From Parcubacteria group bacterium GW2011_GWA2_42_14 (GTDB lineage: Bacteria > Patescibacteriota > Minisyncoccia > Sungbacterales > GWA2-42-14): a stretch of DNA of 64,000 nt. A program made the position numbers and the translations under genes. A model generated the notes under the pieces. That model worked only from the letters and a program-made list of their open reading frames with translations, did not search any database and was not told the origin of the DNA. The DNA lies in the NCBI GenBank assembly GCA_000998135.1, contig LCCV01000004.1, positions 21,681 through 85,680 of the forward strand, given 5' to 3'. Of the stretch, positions 30,019 to 39,034 are shown piece after piece. Position 1 is the stretch's first letter; every line of letters starts with the position of its first letter.

Positions 30019-31020
30019 ATGTCTTTGGAAAAATTAAAAACTTATTATTCCGAGAGCGCGGCTCGAGCCATGATTTCCGATTTTCCGGTTTGCCGGCCCA
30101 ATCAATCTGTTGAGGAGGCGCGTTCTTATATTTTGGAAGGAGCGAGGCACTTTGAAACCATTAATTATATTTATGTTATAGGAGACGATAAAAAGCTTCT
30201 CGGAACCGTTTCGCTCCGCGAACTTTTTCAGGCAGAAAAAGAGCGGAAGATTTCCGGCATCATGAAAACTGGTCCGGTTTTTCTTCATCCTCATTCTGAC
30301 CAGGAAAAAGCTGTTCTTTTGGCTTTGCATAATAATATCAAAGCTGTGCCGGTGGTTGACCAGAACCATATTTTATTGGGGATAATACCGTCCGACAAAA
30401 TACTCCAGATTCTGCATTCGGAACATGTGGAGGATCTTTTGAGGGTTGCCGGTATTACAAAATCAATTGAAGAGGTTGCGCATTTGGGCAAGGAATCTTC
30501 GTTTAAGCTCTTTGGACGCAGAATCCCCTCGCTTTTAATAGGCCTTTTTGCGGGCATTGTTGCCGCTTGGTGGATAAGCTCGTTTGAGCATATGATTGAG
30601 GCCGAGTTTCTTTTTGTCGCGTTTATTCCCGCTGTTGTTTATCTTTCTGACGCGGTAGGAACGCAGACGCAGATATTATTTATAAGAGATATGACTTTTG
30701 CCGAACTGTTTCGGACATCGTCTTATATTATCCAGGAATTGAAAGTTGGACTGTTAATATCCATTGCCCTTTCTATGCTTTTTATCGGCGGCGGATTCTT
30801 AATGGGCGGTTCCGTGCAATTTGCCGCAATATTAGTCATTACCGTCGTTTTATCGGTGTTTGCGGCCATGGCCGTATCGCTCTTTGTTCCGTGGCTTCTT
30901 ATTCGTCTGAAACATGACCCGGCCTTGGCTTCCGGCCCTTTTTCTACGGCAGTTTCCGATGTTTTTAGTCTTGTAATTTATTTCACGGTTGCTTCAGTGA
31001 TTTTGAATTTATTTTCTTAA
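30019..31020 (+). CDS. mgtE: magnesium transporter MgtE-like (CBS pair plus MgtE membrane domain, no N-terminal MgtE_N)
   Basis: CBS-like segments followed by five hydrophobic helices and the DPALASGPFSTAVSDVFSLVIYF motif. Confidence 0.65.
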   Translation: MSLEKLKTYYSESAARAMISDFPVCRPNQSVEEARSYILEGARHFETINYIYVIGDDKKLLGTVSLRELFQAEKERKISGIMKTGPVFLHPHSDQEKAVLLALHNNIKAVPVVDQNHILLGIIPSDKILQILHSEHVEDLLRVAGITKSIEEVAHLGKESSFKLFGRRIPSLLIGLFAGIVAAWWISSFEHMIEAEFLFVAFIPAVVYLSDAVGTQTQILFIRDMTFAELFRTSSYIIQELKVGLLISIALSMLFIGGGFLMGGSVQFAAILVITVVLSVFAAMAVSLFVPWLLIRLKHDPALASGPFSTAVSDVFSLVIYFTVASVILNLFS

Positions 31021-31163
31021 GACCTTTTGCAAAATAAGGATTATAGCCGAAATTTTTATGGTGAGCCCGTCGAACCATTATTCCCTGAGTATGTCGAAGG
31101 GTAATAGTTCAATAAACTCACTATAAAAATTTTGGCTTAAAATCAAGGTATGTCTTCGACAAG
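31021..31163. repeat. MITE-like repeat, family F4 (copy 2)
   Basis: Starts at the base after the mgtE stop and ends just before the partial tRNA copy. Confidence 0.65.
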
Positions 31164-31180
31164 CCCCGTTGAAATGTGGT

Positions 31181-31220
31181 GCGAGAATAGTTTAGTGGCA
31201 GAACGACTGCTTCCCAATCC
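31181..31220 (+). other. partial duplicate of the tRNA-Gly 5' half (about 40 nt, no T-arm)
   Basis: GCGAGAATAGTTTAGTGGCAGAACGACTGCTTCCCAATCC, compared with GCGAGATTGGTTTAGTGGTAAAACGAGTGCTTCCCAAGCA in the intact gene 56 nt downstream. Confidence 0.6.
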
Positions 31221-31236
31221 CCGTTAGAAATAGAAT

Positions 31237-31307
31237 GCGAGATTGGTTTAGTGGTAAAACGAGTGCTTCCCAAGCATTAGACAGGAGTTCGATTCTCCTA
31301 TCTCGCA
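31237..31307 (+). tRNA. tRNA-Gly (anticodon CCC)
   Basis: Manual fold: acceptor GCGAGAT/ATCTCGC with G1-C72, C2-G71, G3-C70; anticodon loop TTCCCAA; T-arm AGGAG-TTCGATT-CTCCT. No encoded CCA. Confidence 0.7.
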
Positions 31308-31480
31308 CAATAGTGGACTTTTCGCGCTTCGGCACATCAATCGCCGTTTCTATTTCAGAAAATCTGCGGGTTCTAACATCGTCTAATTGCCCGTATAGAG
31401 AAATGGAACTTTTTATTGCTGATTATTAAAATCTTCTGAGAAAGAAATGGTTTTTGAGTGGTCGGGTGAGGTTCTAACCA
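31308..31480. repeat. module X, copy 1, of a modular repeat of about 180 nt
   Basis: Shares GTGGAC...TTCAGAAA(T)CTCGCGGGTTCTAAC...TATAGAGAAA...TTCTGAGAAAGAAATGGTTTTTGAGTGGTCGGGTGAGGTTCTAAC with 32185-32368 and 33135-33450. Confidence 0.6.
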
Positions 31481-31623
31481 AAAACCTACTAGCTATTGAC
31501 TTATTTTTAGTTTTGTAATAGTCTTGATAATAGAAGTTTCAACCTACCCGAACCCCTCAAGCCGAGTGTTCGGCTTCAAAGGTAAATTTCGGCAAAAACA
31601 AACAGAGAAGGAGGGACCGAAAG

Positions 31624-32082
31624 ATGTTCGGAGTAATCATCGCGGTTTTGATCGGACTGTTTCAGTACATTTTTGTCACGAAGACGCCGGAGGCAATCTG
31701 GCTGACTTCCACGGGCTTTCTGTTTTGGTGGTACATAGTGTGGTCGTCAATCCTTGCCATCATCGTTTTCCTTGTGATGTTGGGTATCACTGGTGCCACG
31801 ACATTCGCGGCTGGATCCACTGGATACGGTGCTGGTAGCAAGTTGTTGCGGGGTATTGGTGGTTTTGTTGGAGGCGGAGCTCTTTCATTGCTGGTCGGTG
31901 TTTTGTTCTTCATTTCCGCTGGCCTAAAAATCGGAGGCATATACTTGCTTTCAACTGCAGTTGTACTTACCGAGCAGGGCTATGTGTGGAATACTACGAC
32001 TTTGATTTTCGGCACCCTTGCTTTGGTCGTTGGACTCATTATGAGCAAATCTTCAGGTTCTTCATCCTCGTCAAAATCCTAG
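31624..32082 (+). CDS. small Gly-rich integral membrane protein with a Ser-rich tail
   Basis: 152 aa with four hydrophobic segments and a ...SSGSSSSSKS C-terminus. Confidence 0.45.
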   Translation: MFGVIIAVLIGLFQYIFVTKTPEAIWLTSTGFLFWWYIVWSSILAIIVFLVMLGITGATTFAAGSTGYGAGSKLLRGIGGFVGGGALSLLVGVLFFISAGLKIGGIYLLSTAVVLTEQGYVWNTTTLIFGTLALVVGLIMSKSSGSSSSSKS

Positions 32083-32103
32083 ACTGGCGAGGCAAACGAG
32101 TTT

Positions 32104-32135
32104 GGCTGGTTGAGCGTATCAACCAGCCGTTTTTT
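32104..32135. terminator. intrinsic terminator
   Basis: GGCTGGTTGAGCGTATCAACCAGCC hairpin followed by TTTTTT. Confidence 0.6.
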
Positions 32136-32184
32136 ATGTAAAATCAGTTCGAGAGAGGTTCTAACATCGTCTATAAAAGTGCAC

Positions 32185-32368
32185 ACTAGTGGACCTTTAG
32201 CGTTCTTGCCGCGCGAAAAGTATTTAGACTTCAGAAATCTCGGAGGTTCTAACGCCGTCTCGTTGCTTGTATAGGGAAAGAGAAAAATTTTTAATTGTCA
32301 AAACCAATTCTTCTGAGAAAGAAATGGTTTTTGAGTGGTCGGGTGAGGTTCTAACTAAAAACCACGAG
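32185..32368. repeat. module X, copy 2
   Basis: See 31308-31480. Confidence 0.6.
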
Positions 32369-32447
32369 ACCTTGTATTTTTTAAGGGAATGATATAATAT
32401 TCTCTACAGAATAGAACACAACAGATACACATTAGGAGGTTTAGACG

Positions 32448-32819
32448 ATGGGAAAGATGGCTTTGCTCGCTGTTTTATTGAGTGTTTTCGTTTTGACCGC
32501 TTGCGACAATGCGCCGCGTTTACCACAAGGAACGCTTGTGAAAGAAGACAACGCAGAAATCCAGGCGCAGTTTGACCGACTTAGCAAAGATGAAACCGCT
32601 ACCGTCACAATCGGAGACGAACATGTAATGTTGATGGTTTTAAAAGATTTCATGAGTACGGACAACATCCGTGGTGTTGGTGGCGGTGATCCATGCAAAG
32701 CATACCGACTTACTGCGAAGGATGGGACAAAAGAAGTTGGGGTTGTCTGCAAAAGTATGCCGTTCGGCAAGAAGTGGGAACATCGCCCGTGGCGCGAATG
32801 GTTTCATTCACTTAGATAA
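32448..32819 (+). CDS. putative lipoprotein
   Basis: MGKMALLAVLLSVFVLTAC lipobox. 123 aa. Confidence 0.45.
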   Translation: MGKMALLAVLLSVFVLTACDNAPRLPQGTLVKEDNAEIQAQFDRLSKDETATVTIGDEHVMLMVLKDFMSTDNIRGVGGGDPCKAYRLTAKDGTKEVGVVCKSMPFGKKWEHRPWREWFHSLR

Positions 32820-33134
32820 TCGTCTAACAGCACAAGCGCCCTTGAGGACACAACCCCAGGGGCATTTTCTTTCAAAATCGAGGTTCTAACGTCGTCTATA
32901 AAAGTGCACCAAAATCTGATTTTCGGAAAATTGACCGACTTTTTCGTTGGCGGCGCAAAGCGCCGCCACCGAAATGGTCTGGAAATTTGCAATTCGTCAG
33001 ATTTTGGTGTGTCTTTACGGTTTGGCTCGAACTCATTTTATCCGAAATTCCTAAAAACTGACTGGAGGCCGCGCTTCGCGCGGAGAATCAGGAATTTTTG
33101 ATAAAATAGTTTCGAGCCGTACTGTAAAGATACA

Positions 33135-33450
33135 CAATAGTGGACTTTTAGCGCTTCGGCGCATCAATTGCCGTTTCTATTTCAGAAATCTCGCGGGTTC
33201 TCCTCCTTCGCTCTACGAGCTTCGGCGGACGCAGTAACACTTGCCTTGCCGTAGCTTCAGCGAAGGCAGGTCGTCTCGCTGCCCGCTTGCCCTGCCGTAG
33301 CTTTACGCGACTGCGTGCCACCTTAGCTTTAGCGGTGGAGCAAGGCGGGTATAGAGAAGTAGAACTTTTTATTGCTAAAAACTAAAATTTTCTGAAAAAG
33401 AAATGGTTTCTCAATGGTTTTGCAGAGGTTCTAACAAAAAAGCGGCTTGA
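33135..33450. repeat. module X, copy 3, with a GC-rich hairpin-rich insertion of about 150 nt (33201-33347)
   Basis: The module is split at CGCGGGTTCT | ... | GGGTATAGAGAAG. The insert contains repeated CC..GCCGTAGCTTYA..G hairpins. Confidence 0.55.
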
Positions 33451-33486
33451 TGTTATCGCGCCGCTATGGATAGTGGAATAGTGGTT

Positions 33487-34017
33487 TTAAGAATCTTCTT
33501 CGTCATACTCGATTTGTTGTTTTAAGATGCTCTCTTGAATATTGTTTGGTTTATCAACAGTCCAGTACTTCCAATGCGGCTTAATCCACCATGAATGAAA
33601 TTTAATGTTAACCCTGCCTTCAAAAAATATCTCCATCAGATGATCATCCAATACGATTCTTAAGAACGATCTTTCGGGCTCCGGAAGGGCGGGATCATAC
33701 GGATCAATTCCACGATTTAATATAACCATTTTTCCAACACCATCTTCCGTTGGCTCAATTCTCTCATATGCCAGAGAAAACCCCTTTTGATAATCATTCA
33801 AAAGAAAGTGAAACACCTCGCTTGAATCAATAAATAGATGCAGACCCGATTTGTTTTTTTTAAAAGTAAGCGTTCGGCCTTCTAATTTTTTATTGACCTT
33901 TACCGTACCGCCCATTGAGCCGACTAATCTAATATACAGCAAATCTACGGGATACTTGTCCAGACACAGCTTTAAATTTTTAAAATCTAACTTTTTTGGC
34001 ATCCAATATTGTTCCAT
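33487..34017 (-). CDS. hypothetical protein
   Basis: 176-aa ORF inside the repeat island. Confidence 0.4.
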   Translation of the reverse strand: MEQYWMPKKLDFKNLKLCLDKYPVDLLYIRLVGSMGGTVKVNKKLEGRTLTFKKNKSGLHLFIDSSEVFHFLLNDYQKGFSLAYERIEPTEDGVGKMVILNRGIDPYDPALPEPERSFLRIVLDDHLMEIFFEGRVNIKFHSWWIKPHWKYWTVDKPNNIQESILKQQIEYDEEDS

Positions 34018-34165
34018 CCGAAAACCCTCTAATTTTATATTTTGTAAAGTAACTTATCTGATATTACTTTAACGATATTAGACATTTTTGCAAATGAAAC
34101 AGGTTCTAACGTCGTCTATAAAAGTGCATAAAAAATTAAAACGGCCGTTAAAGCCGTTTTTAAAA

Positions 34166-34477
34166 TTAATTGTCCGGTGCCGAAGAAATTTTCAATTGCG
34201 CCATTCTTAATCTTGCGATAAGGCGTACGCGGAAATCCTCCGATTGGAAGGGGTTGTATTTTTTCGTGTCAATCTTGGTCACGATTCTTTCCCGTTCTTC
34301 AAGAAACCCCCGTTCGTCGCATTCATGCAGAAGTCCGAAATATCCGTCCCAAGCTTTTTCTTGGGTGATATTTTTGTTTTTAACCAGTTCATCCAGCAGT
34401 TTTTCATAATGCAAGATTTGGGCAAGGGCTTCGTTGTTCGTCAGTTTTTTTGCTTCAATTTCGTCAAAATCCATCAT
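34166..34477 (-). CDS. hypothetical protein
   Basis: 103-aa ORF, with a terminator-like hairpin just downstream at 34141-34161. Confidence 0.35.
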   Translation of the reverse strand: MMDFDEIEAKKLTNNEALAQILHYEKLLDELVKNKNITQEKAWDGYFGLLHECDERGFLEERERIVTKIDTKKYNPFQSEDFRVRLIARLRMAQLKISSAPDN

Positions 34478-34616
34478 ATTCCTCCTTGGCAGAATTTGTG
34501 CTGATTAAGAGGTAGCATAATTAATTCTTTTAAGCAATCTTGTCAGTGGATTTGATATTTGATTTTATTTATGCAACAAATGGGTTTATTGTTCGTTAAA
34601 AATTGCGGAGACACTG

Positions 34617-35504
34617 TTGAAAATAGTCATATCGGTTTTAGCCGCTATTTTTCTTTTCGCATTCGGTTCAGCGCTTCAGGCAAAGGAATTTTTGCGGGTG
34701 AAAGTATTATCTAAAAATACGCGTCCCGGCGATACCGTCATTATCAAACTTGATTCTTCCTACGAAATAAAAGAAGCGCGGGTTTTTACTGAATTTAACA
34801 GGCCTGCGCCGTGTTTTAATTTAGACCGGCAATGGTATTGTGTCGCGGGCATACCTTCGGCATATTCAAAAAAATCCATTGAGCTGATGTTTGATGTAAA
34901 AACAAAAGAGCCGTATTTCCTGATGATTAAAGAAGAAATTTCTGTCGGAAAAAAATCGTTTCCCAAAATTTCGTGGCCTTCTCCCTGGCCATTGTCCGGT
35001 CAGGCGGAAGCGCGTGTTTTTCGGGAAAAAGAAATGTTTAAAATAAAAATAGAAAATTCTTCAACCACATTCGTTCCGTCCGGCGCTTTTGCTTTACCCC
35101 TGGCCAAGATTAAAAAAGTTACTTCTCTTTTCGGAGAGCGCAGGGTTCGCCCCAAACCCCATCTTCCCAGAATTCATAATGGTGTTGATTTTAGGGCCAA
35201 AGCCGGTACGCCGGTTTACGCCCCCAATGACGGCGTTGTGGAAATTTCCGATGATTTTTATTTTGAAGGCGGATTTATTTTGCTTGACCATGGCGGCGGG
35301 ATAAAATCGAACTTCATGCATCTTTCTAAATTGTCGGTAAGGACAGGGGATAAAGTTTTGCGGGGACAGATTATTGGATATTCCGGAAAGACAGGGGCGG
35401 GGATTAGCGCTCCGCATCTTCATTTTGAAATTTGGGTTCATGATACTCCGGTTGACACGTTTAATTTTATTAAGGATTTTAACAAACTTATTTTCAAAAA
35501 ATAA
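34617..35504 (+). CDS. M23-family peptidase (LytM-like)
   Basis: Signal peptide. HNGVDF ... LDHGGGIKS ... APHLHFEIW, the HxxxD/HxH metal motifs. Confidence 0.75.
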   Translation: MKIVISVLAAIFLFAFGSALQAKEFLRVKVLSKNTRPGDTVIIKLDSSYEIKEARVFTEFNRPAPCFNLDRQWYCVAGIPSAYSKKSIELMFDVKTKEPYFLMIKEEISVGKKSFPKISWPSPWPLSGQAEARVFREKEMFKIKIENSSTTFVPSGAFALPLAKIKKVTSLFGERRVRPKPHLPRIHNGVDFRAKAGTPVYAPNDGVVEISDDFYFEGGFILLDHGGGIKSNFMHLSKLSVRTGDKVLRGQIIGYSGKTGAGISAPHLHFEIWVHDTPVDTFNFIKDFNKLIFKK

Positions 35505-35699
35505 GGATTGTTTTTATGAAATATCCGCACATTTAACGTGCGGTTTTTAATTTCACTGTTATTAGTTCTTTTTTAGGTATCTATTTATTTATCTATCGTC
35601 AGATAAATAGATACTTTTGGAAAAATGATAAGTAAATACGCGCTTTTTCAAGCGCGCGTATTTTTTTTTAAATTATGGAGATTGAACCTCCATAGATTA

Positions 35700-37814
35700 T
35701 TAATCTGACTCGTTGAATTGTTCGTTTTCAGATTCTTGCTGAGATGTTGATTCGGGTCCTTTATTTTTCATAGAAAACGGTTTGAACGGGTCGGTATTTT
35801 CCGGAAAAATCTCGCAGGAGCCGTCTTTGTAAATTTCATTCATTATTTTGATGAAGAGCGGTAAAATGTTTTTGCCGCCGGTTTCTTCCTCTCCGAGCGG
35901 TAATTTTTTATCAAACCCCATCCAGCCGCCAAAAATGTATGAAGGAGTAAAACCAATGAACCAGTTATCGGTTGCCTGCCCTTTTTCATTGGTGGCGGTT
36001 CCGGTTTTTCCCGCGGCCGGGCATTTGAATTCAGGATTTAATCTTTTCCAATTTGCCCGATAAGCAGTTCCGTGCCGGTATTCCACAACGCCGCGAAGGC
36101 CGCGAACCATTTGTAGCGCCGTTGATTCATCTAAAATCTTTTCATCTTCTTGCGGTTTATACCGTTCAATTTCTTTATCATTGCGGTCAAAAATTGTTTC
36201 AATCATGTAGGGTTCAATTTTTCCTCCAAAATTGGCAATTATGTTTATGGCTTTGGTTAAATCCATGAGAGTTACTTCGGAAGCGCCAATGGCTGTGGTC
36301 GGATAATCATAAAGCGCGGTGGAAATTCCCATTTTTTTCGCGAGTTCATTTACTTCTTTGATGTTTAGCAATTTGCATCGCGTTACCAGACAAACTGTGG
36401 CTGCATTTCGTGATTCCCAAAGCGCAATTTTTAATTCTGTTTCGCCGCGGTAACGCGGTATATTTTTATACGGGTAATTCTGAATGCATTTTTTGGGTTT
36501 ATCTTTGCCCATGTTGAGGCAGATGGTTCTTACGTCTTGGGTTTTGCATTTTCCTTCGCCTTCGTCATTGCAGTCAAGTTTGGCGCCGTTTTTAACGGCC
36601 GCCGTGTAAACAATCGCTTTGAAAGCGGAACCCGGTTGGCGTTTGGCCTGATAAACCCTGTCAAATTTATCCTGTTCAAAGTCCTCGCTGTTCACCCAGG
36701 CCTTTATTTCGCCGGTTGCTACCTGCATGATAACCAAAGCGCCTGTTATTTTTTCCGTTTTTTCTTCGGAAACCGGATGCCGTTTGTGATATTCGGCGAT
36801 TGCCTCTCCTACCGCCGTTTCAGCGAATTCCTGAAGATATTTGTTGATGGTGAGCTGGATTTTAAGTCCTCCCATCCATACTTCATTTTCATCGTAACGC
36901 AGTTTTAATTGTTGTCTGACATATTCCAAAATATGCGAATTGGGAAAGCGATGATTTTCTTGGGGCGGAGCCGGGGGCAGGGGATGTTTGATAAACGCGC
37001 TGAACTCTGCGTTGCTGATGATTTTTTCGTCCAGCAACTGTTTTAAAACGCGCGTTCTTAATTTTTCCGCTTTTTCTTTCATTCCTTCGTTGAACGGTGA
37101 GCGGCTGGGCGAACGTATGAGCCCTGCCAGCATGGCCGTTTCCGGGATTGTCAGTTCTTTGGCGCTTTTTTGAAAATACCAAAGCGAGGCGGCTTCCACT
37201 CCGAAATTGCCATTGCCGAGATACATATGATTAAGCCATAATTCCAAAATCTGTTCTTTGGACAAGTTTTTTTCAATATAATAGGCGATTACGGCCTTGC
37301 GTATTTTTTTTCTCCATAAAGATTGGCGCACTAAATTTTGTTCAACATCATTTTCTTGAATAACTGCGATTTGCGCGAGTTGTTGGGGAATGGTTGAAGC
37401 GCCCTCGGCCGGACGATGTTCTTTTATGTTTCGCAGGACGGAACGGTAAAGCGAGCAAGGGTCAACGGAAACATGGAATTTTTCAACAACGGAACGCGCA
37501 AGTCCACAGAAATTTCCTTCGGGCTCTTCGGCGAAGAATCGTTTGTCTTCGGCGGCAATGAATACCTTTTGTACGGTTTCTCCCATTTCCGAAAGCGGGA
37601 TTACTATTCTGTTTTCTTTGGCAAATCCCCCTATTTCTTCCCAATTTTCGTCATATACTATGGTTGTGGCCGGGGGCCGGTAATTTAGCAATGATTCCAT
37701 GTTGGGTTTGGCAAGAAGGTCGGAAAAATAATAAAACAGTAAGATGGCGAGCATTATTTTTAATGTAAATCCCACGCCAAAGATAATCAGCCACTTTTTC
37801 AGCCGTTTTTTCAT
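35700..37814 (-). CDS. penicillin-binding protein 1A (bifunctional transglycosylase/transpeptidase)
   Basis: GT51 motifs (EDKRFFAE, RSPSR-like block). Transpeptidase SxxK as PGSAFK, plus SxN and KTG(T) motifs. Confidence 0.85.
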   Translation of the reverse strand: MKKRLKKWLIIFGVGFTLKIMLAILLFYYFSDLLAKPNMESLLNYRPPATTIVYDENWEEIGGFAKENRIVIPLSEMGETVQKVFIAAEDKRFFAEEPEGNFCGLARSVVEKFHVSVDPCSLYRSVLRNIKEHRPAEGASTIPQQLAQIAVIQENDVEQNLVRQSLWRKKIRKAVIAYYIEKNLSKEQILELWLNHMYLGNGNFGVEAASLWYFQKSAKELTIPETAMLAGLIRSPSRSPFNEGMKEKAEKLRTRVLKQLLDEKIISNAEFSAFIKHPLPPAPPQENHRFPNSHILEYVRQQLKLRYDENEVWMGGLKIQLTINKYLQEFAETAVGEAIAEYHKRHPVSEEKTEKITGALVIMQVATGEIKAWVNSEDFEQDKFDRVYQAKRQPGSAFKAIVYTAAVKNGAKLDCNDEGEGKCKTQDVRTICLNMGKDKPKKCIQNYPYKNIPRYRGETELKIALWESRNAATVCLVTRCKLLNIKEVNELAKKMGISTALYDYPTTAIGASEVTLMDLTKAINIIANFGGKIEPYMIETIFDRNDKEIERYKPQEDEKILDESTALQMVRGLRGVVEYRHGTAYRANWKRLNPEFKCPAAGKTGTATNEKGQATDNWFIGFTPSYIFGGWMGFDKKLPLGEEETGGKNILPLFIKIMNEIYKDGSCEIFPENTDPFKPFSMKNKGPESTSQQESENEQFNESD

Positions 37815-37956
37815 CGGTTTTTGTCGTATTGAATTGTGAAGGTGCTATTCGTTAATGTATAATTTTTCGGCTAAAAGTCAAAGTTTGCAAAATATCTTTA
37901 ATTCTGCCACTTTTATAATTAGCTTCTTGTAAATTTAAAAATAGCGGAGGAGCATC

Positions 37957-38943
37957 ATGGAAAAAATAATTACCGGTTTTATTGCTGTTTTTTTGCTGTC
38001 TTTTGCCAATTCGGTTTTAGCCGAACCACACATACCGAAGCCGGATTCTTTTTCGGCAATTTCCCAGGAGCAATACCAAGAAATGTTGGAACAAATTCAG
38101 GCCCTTCAGGAAAAAGTAGAAACGCTGGAAAATTATATTCAGGCCATCGGCCGATTTTCTATTCCCAAAGAAATTGAATTCTGCGGGCAAAAAATGCCGA
38201 TTGATAAATGGTATGTCCGCGAGGAATTAGATAAGCAATTACTCGCCTTGAGTTATAACCGTAGGCAGGTGGTTACCTGGATGAAAAGATCGGGAAAATT
38301 TTTTCCGTACATGGAATCCGAATTAAAAAGGACGAAGCTGCCCGATTGTCTTAAATATTTGATTATTGCTGAATCAAGCTTGTTGGAAGATGCTTCTTCC
38401 CGGGCCGGGGCCAAAGGCATTGCGCAATTCATGAAAGAAACCGGACGGCTTTATAATCTTTCCTATTCGGAGTTTGTGGACGAGCGGATGAATTTTGAAA
38501 AATCAATTACTGCCGCTTTTTCACACCTTAGAGATTTGCATAATGAATTTGGAGATTGGCCGCTTGCTTTAGCAGGATATAACGCCGGAGCCGGAAAAGT
38601 TCGCGAAGTTAAGAGAGTACAAGGAGTAGGGGAATATTGGCGGATGCTCTTTTTGAATAAAAACGGAGTTTCGACCGAAACCAATTCTTATGTCTATAAA
38701 ATCATTGCGGTGAAATTGATTTTTGAAGACCCGAAGAGTTTTGGGTTTTTGCTTGGAGAAGACGATGTTTTTTTGACGCCGGAAACAAAAGAGATTGTTG
38801 TTGCGTTAAGCCGTCCCACTCTGCTTACGGATATCGCGCGCCGTTACCAAACGTCATTTTTTGAAATTAAAAAGCTTAACCCCTGGATCAGGGGGGCTAA
38901 TCTCGGAAAAGGAACGTGGAGGTTGAAAATACCCGCAAATTAA
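37957..38943 (+). CDS. lytic transglycosylase (Slt/MltE-like)
   Basis: Signal peptide. ESSL...AGAKGIAQFMKETG...AGYNAG lysozyme-like motifs. Confidence 0.7.
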   Translation: MEKIITGFIAVFLLSFANSVLAEPHIPKPDSFSAISQEQYQEMLEQIQALQEKVETLENYIQAIGRFSIPKEIEFCGQKMPIDKWYVREELDKQLLALSYNRRQVVTWMKRSGKFFPYMESELKRTKLPDCLKYLIIAESSLLEDASSRAGAKGIAQFMKETGRLYNLSYSEFVDERMNFEKSITAAFSHLRDLHNEFGDWPLALAGYNAGAGKVREVKRVQGVGEYWRMLFLNKNGVSTETNSYVYKIIAVKLIFEDPKSFGFLLGEDDVFLTPETKEIVVALSRPTLLTDIARRYQTSFFEIKKLNPWIRGANLGKGTWRLKIPAN

Positions 38944-39034
38944 CCACGTTAAAGGCCATAATACGGCCTTTTTTCATAAGCAACACCGAGTGTTGCTTAT
39001 TTGGCTGGCGGAAAATAATAGGTATAATGGATTT

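Noticed and set aside
31524-31838. 104-aa ORF overlapping the membrane-protein gene in another frame
   Set aside because: It overlaps a better-supported ORF with clear transmembrane character. Its His/Cys-rich composition looks like an out-of-frame artefact.
32904-33101. 65-aa ORF in the dyad-symmetric region
   Set aside because: The sequence is dominated by inverted repeats and a GC hairpin. The element is more likely structural or regulatory than coding.
31368-34128. GGTTCTAAC-containing direct repeats considered as a CRISPR array
   Set aside because: The repeats are spaced 700-1200 bp apart, with whole genes and terminators between them. Repeat length and spacing are not CRISPR-like, and there are no cas genes.
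31021-34161. Integron cassette array interpretation of the tRNA-adjacent island
   Set aside because: I found no intI integrase. The boundary repeats do not match the attC core/inverse-core consensus (GTTRRRY/RYYYAAC) convincingly. I kept it only as a loose analogy.
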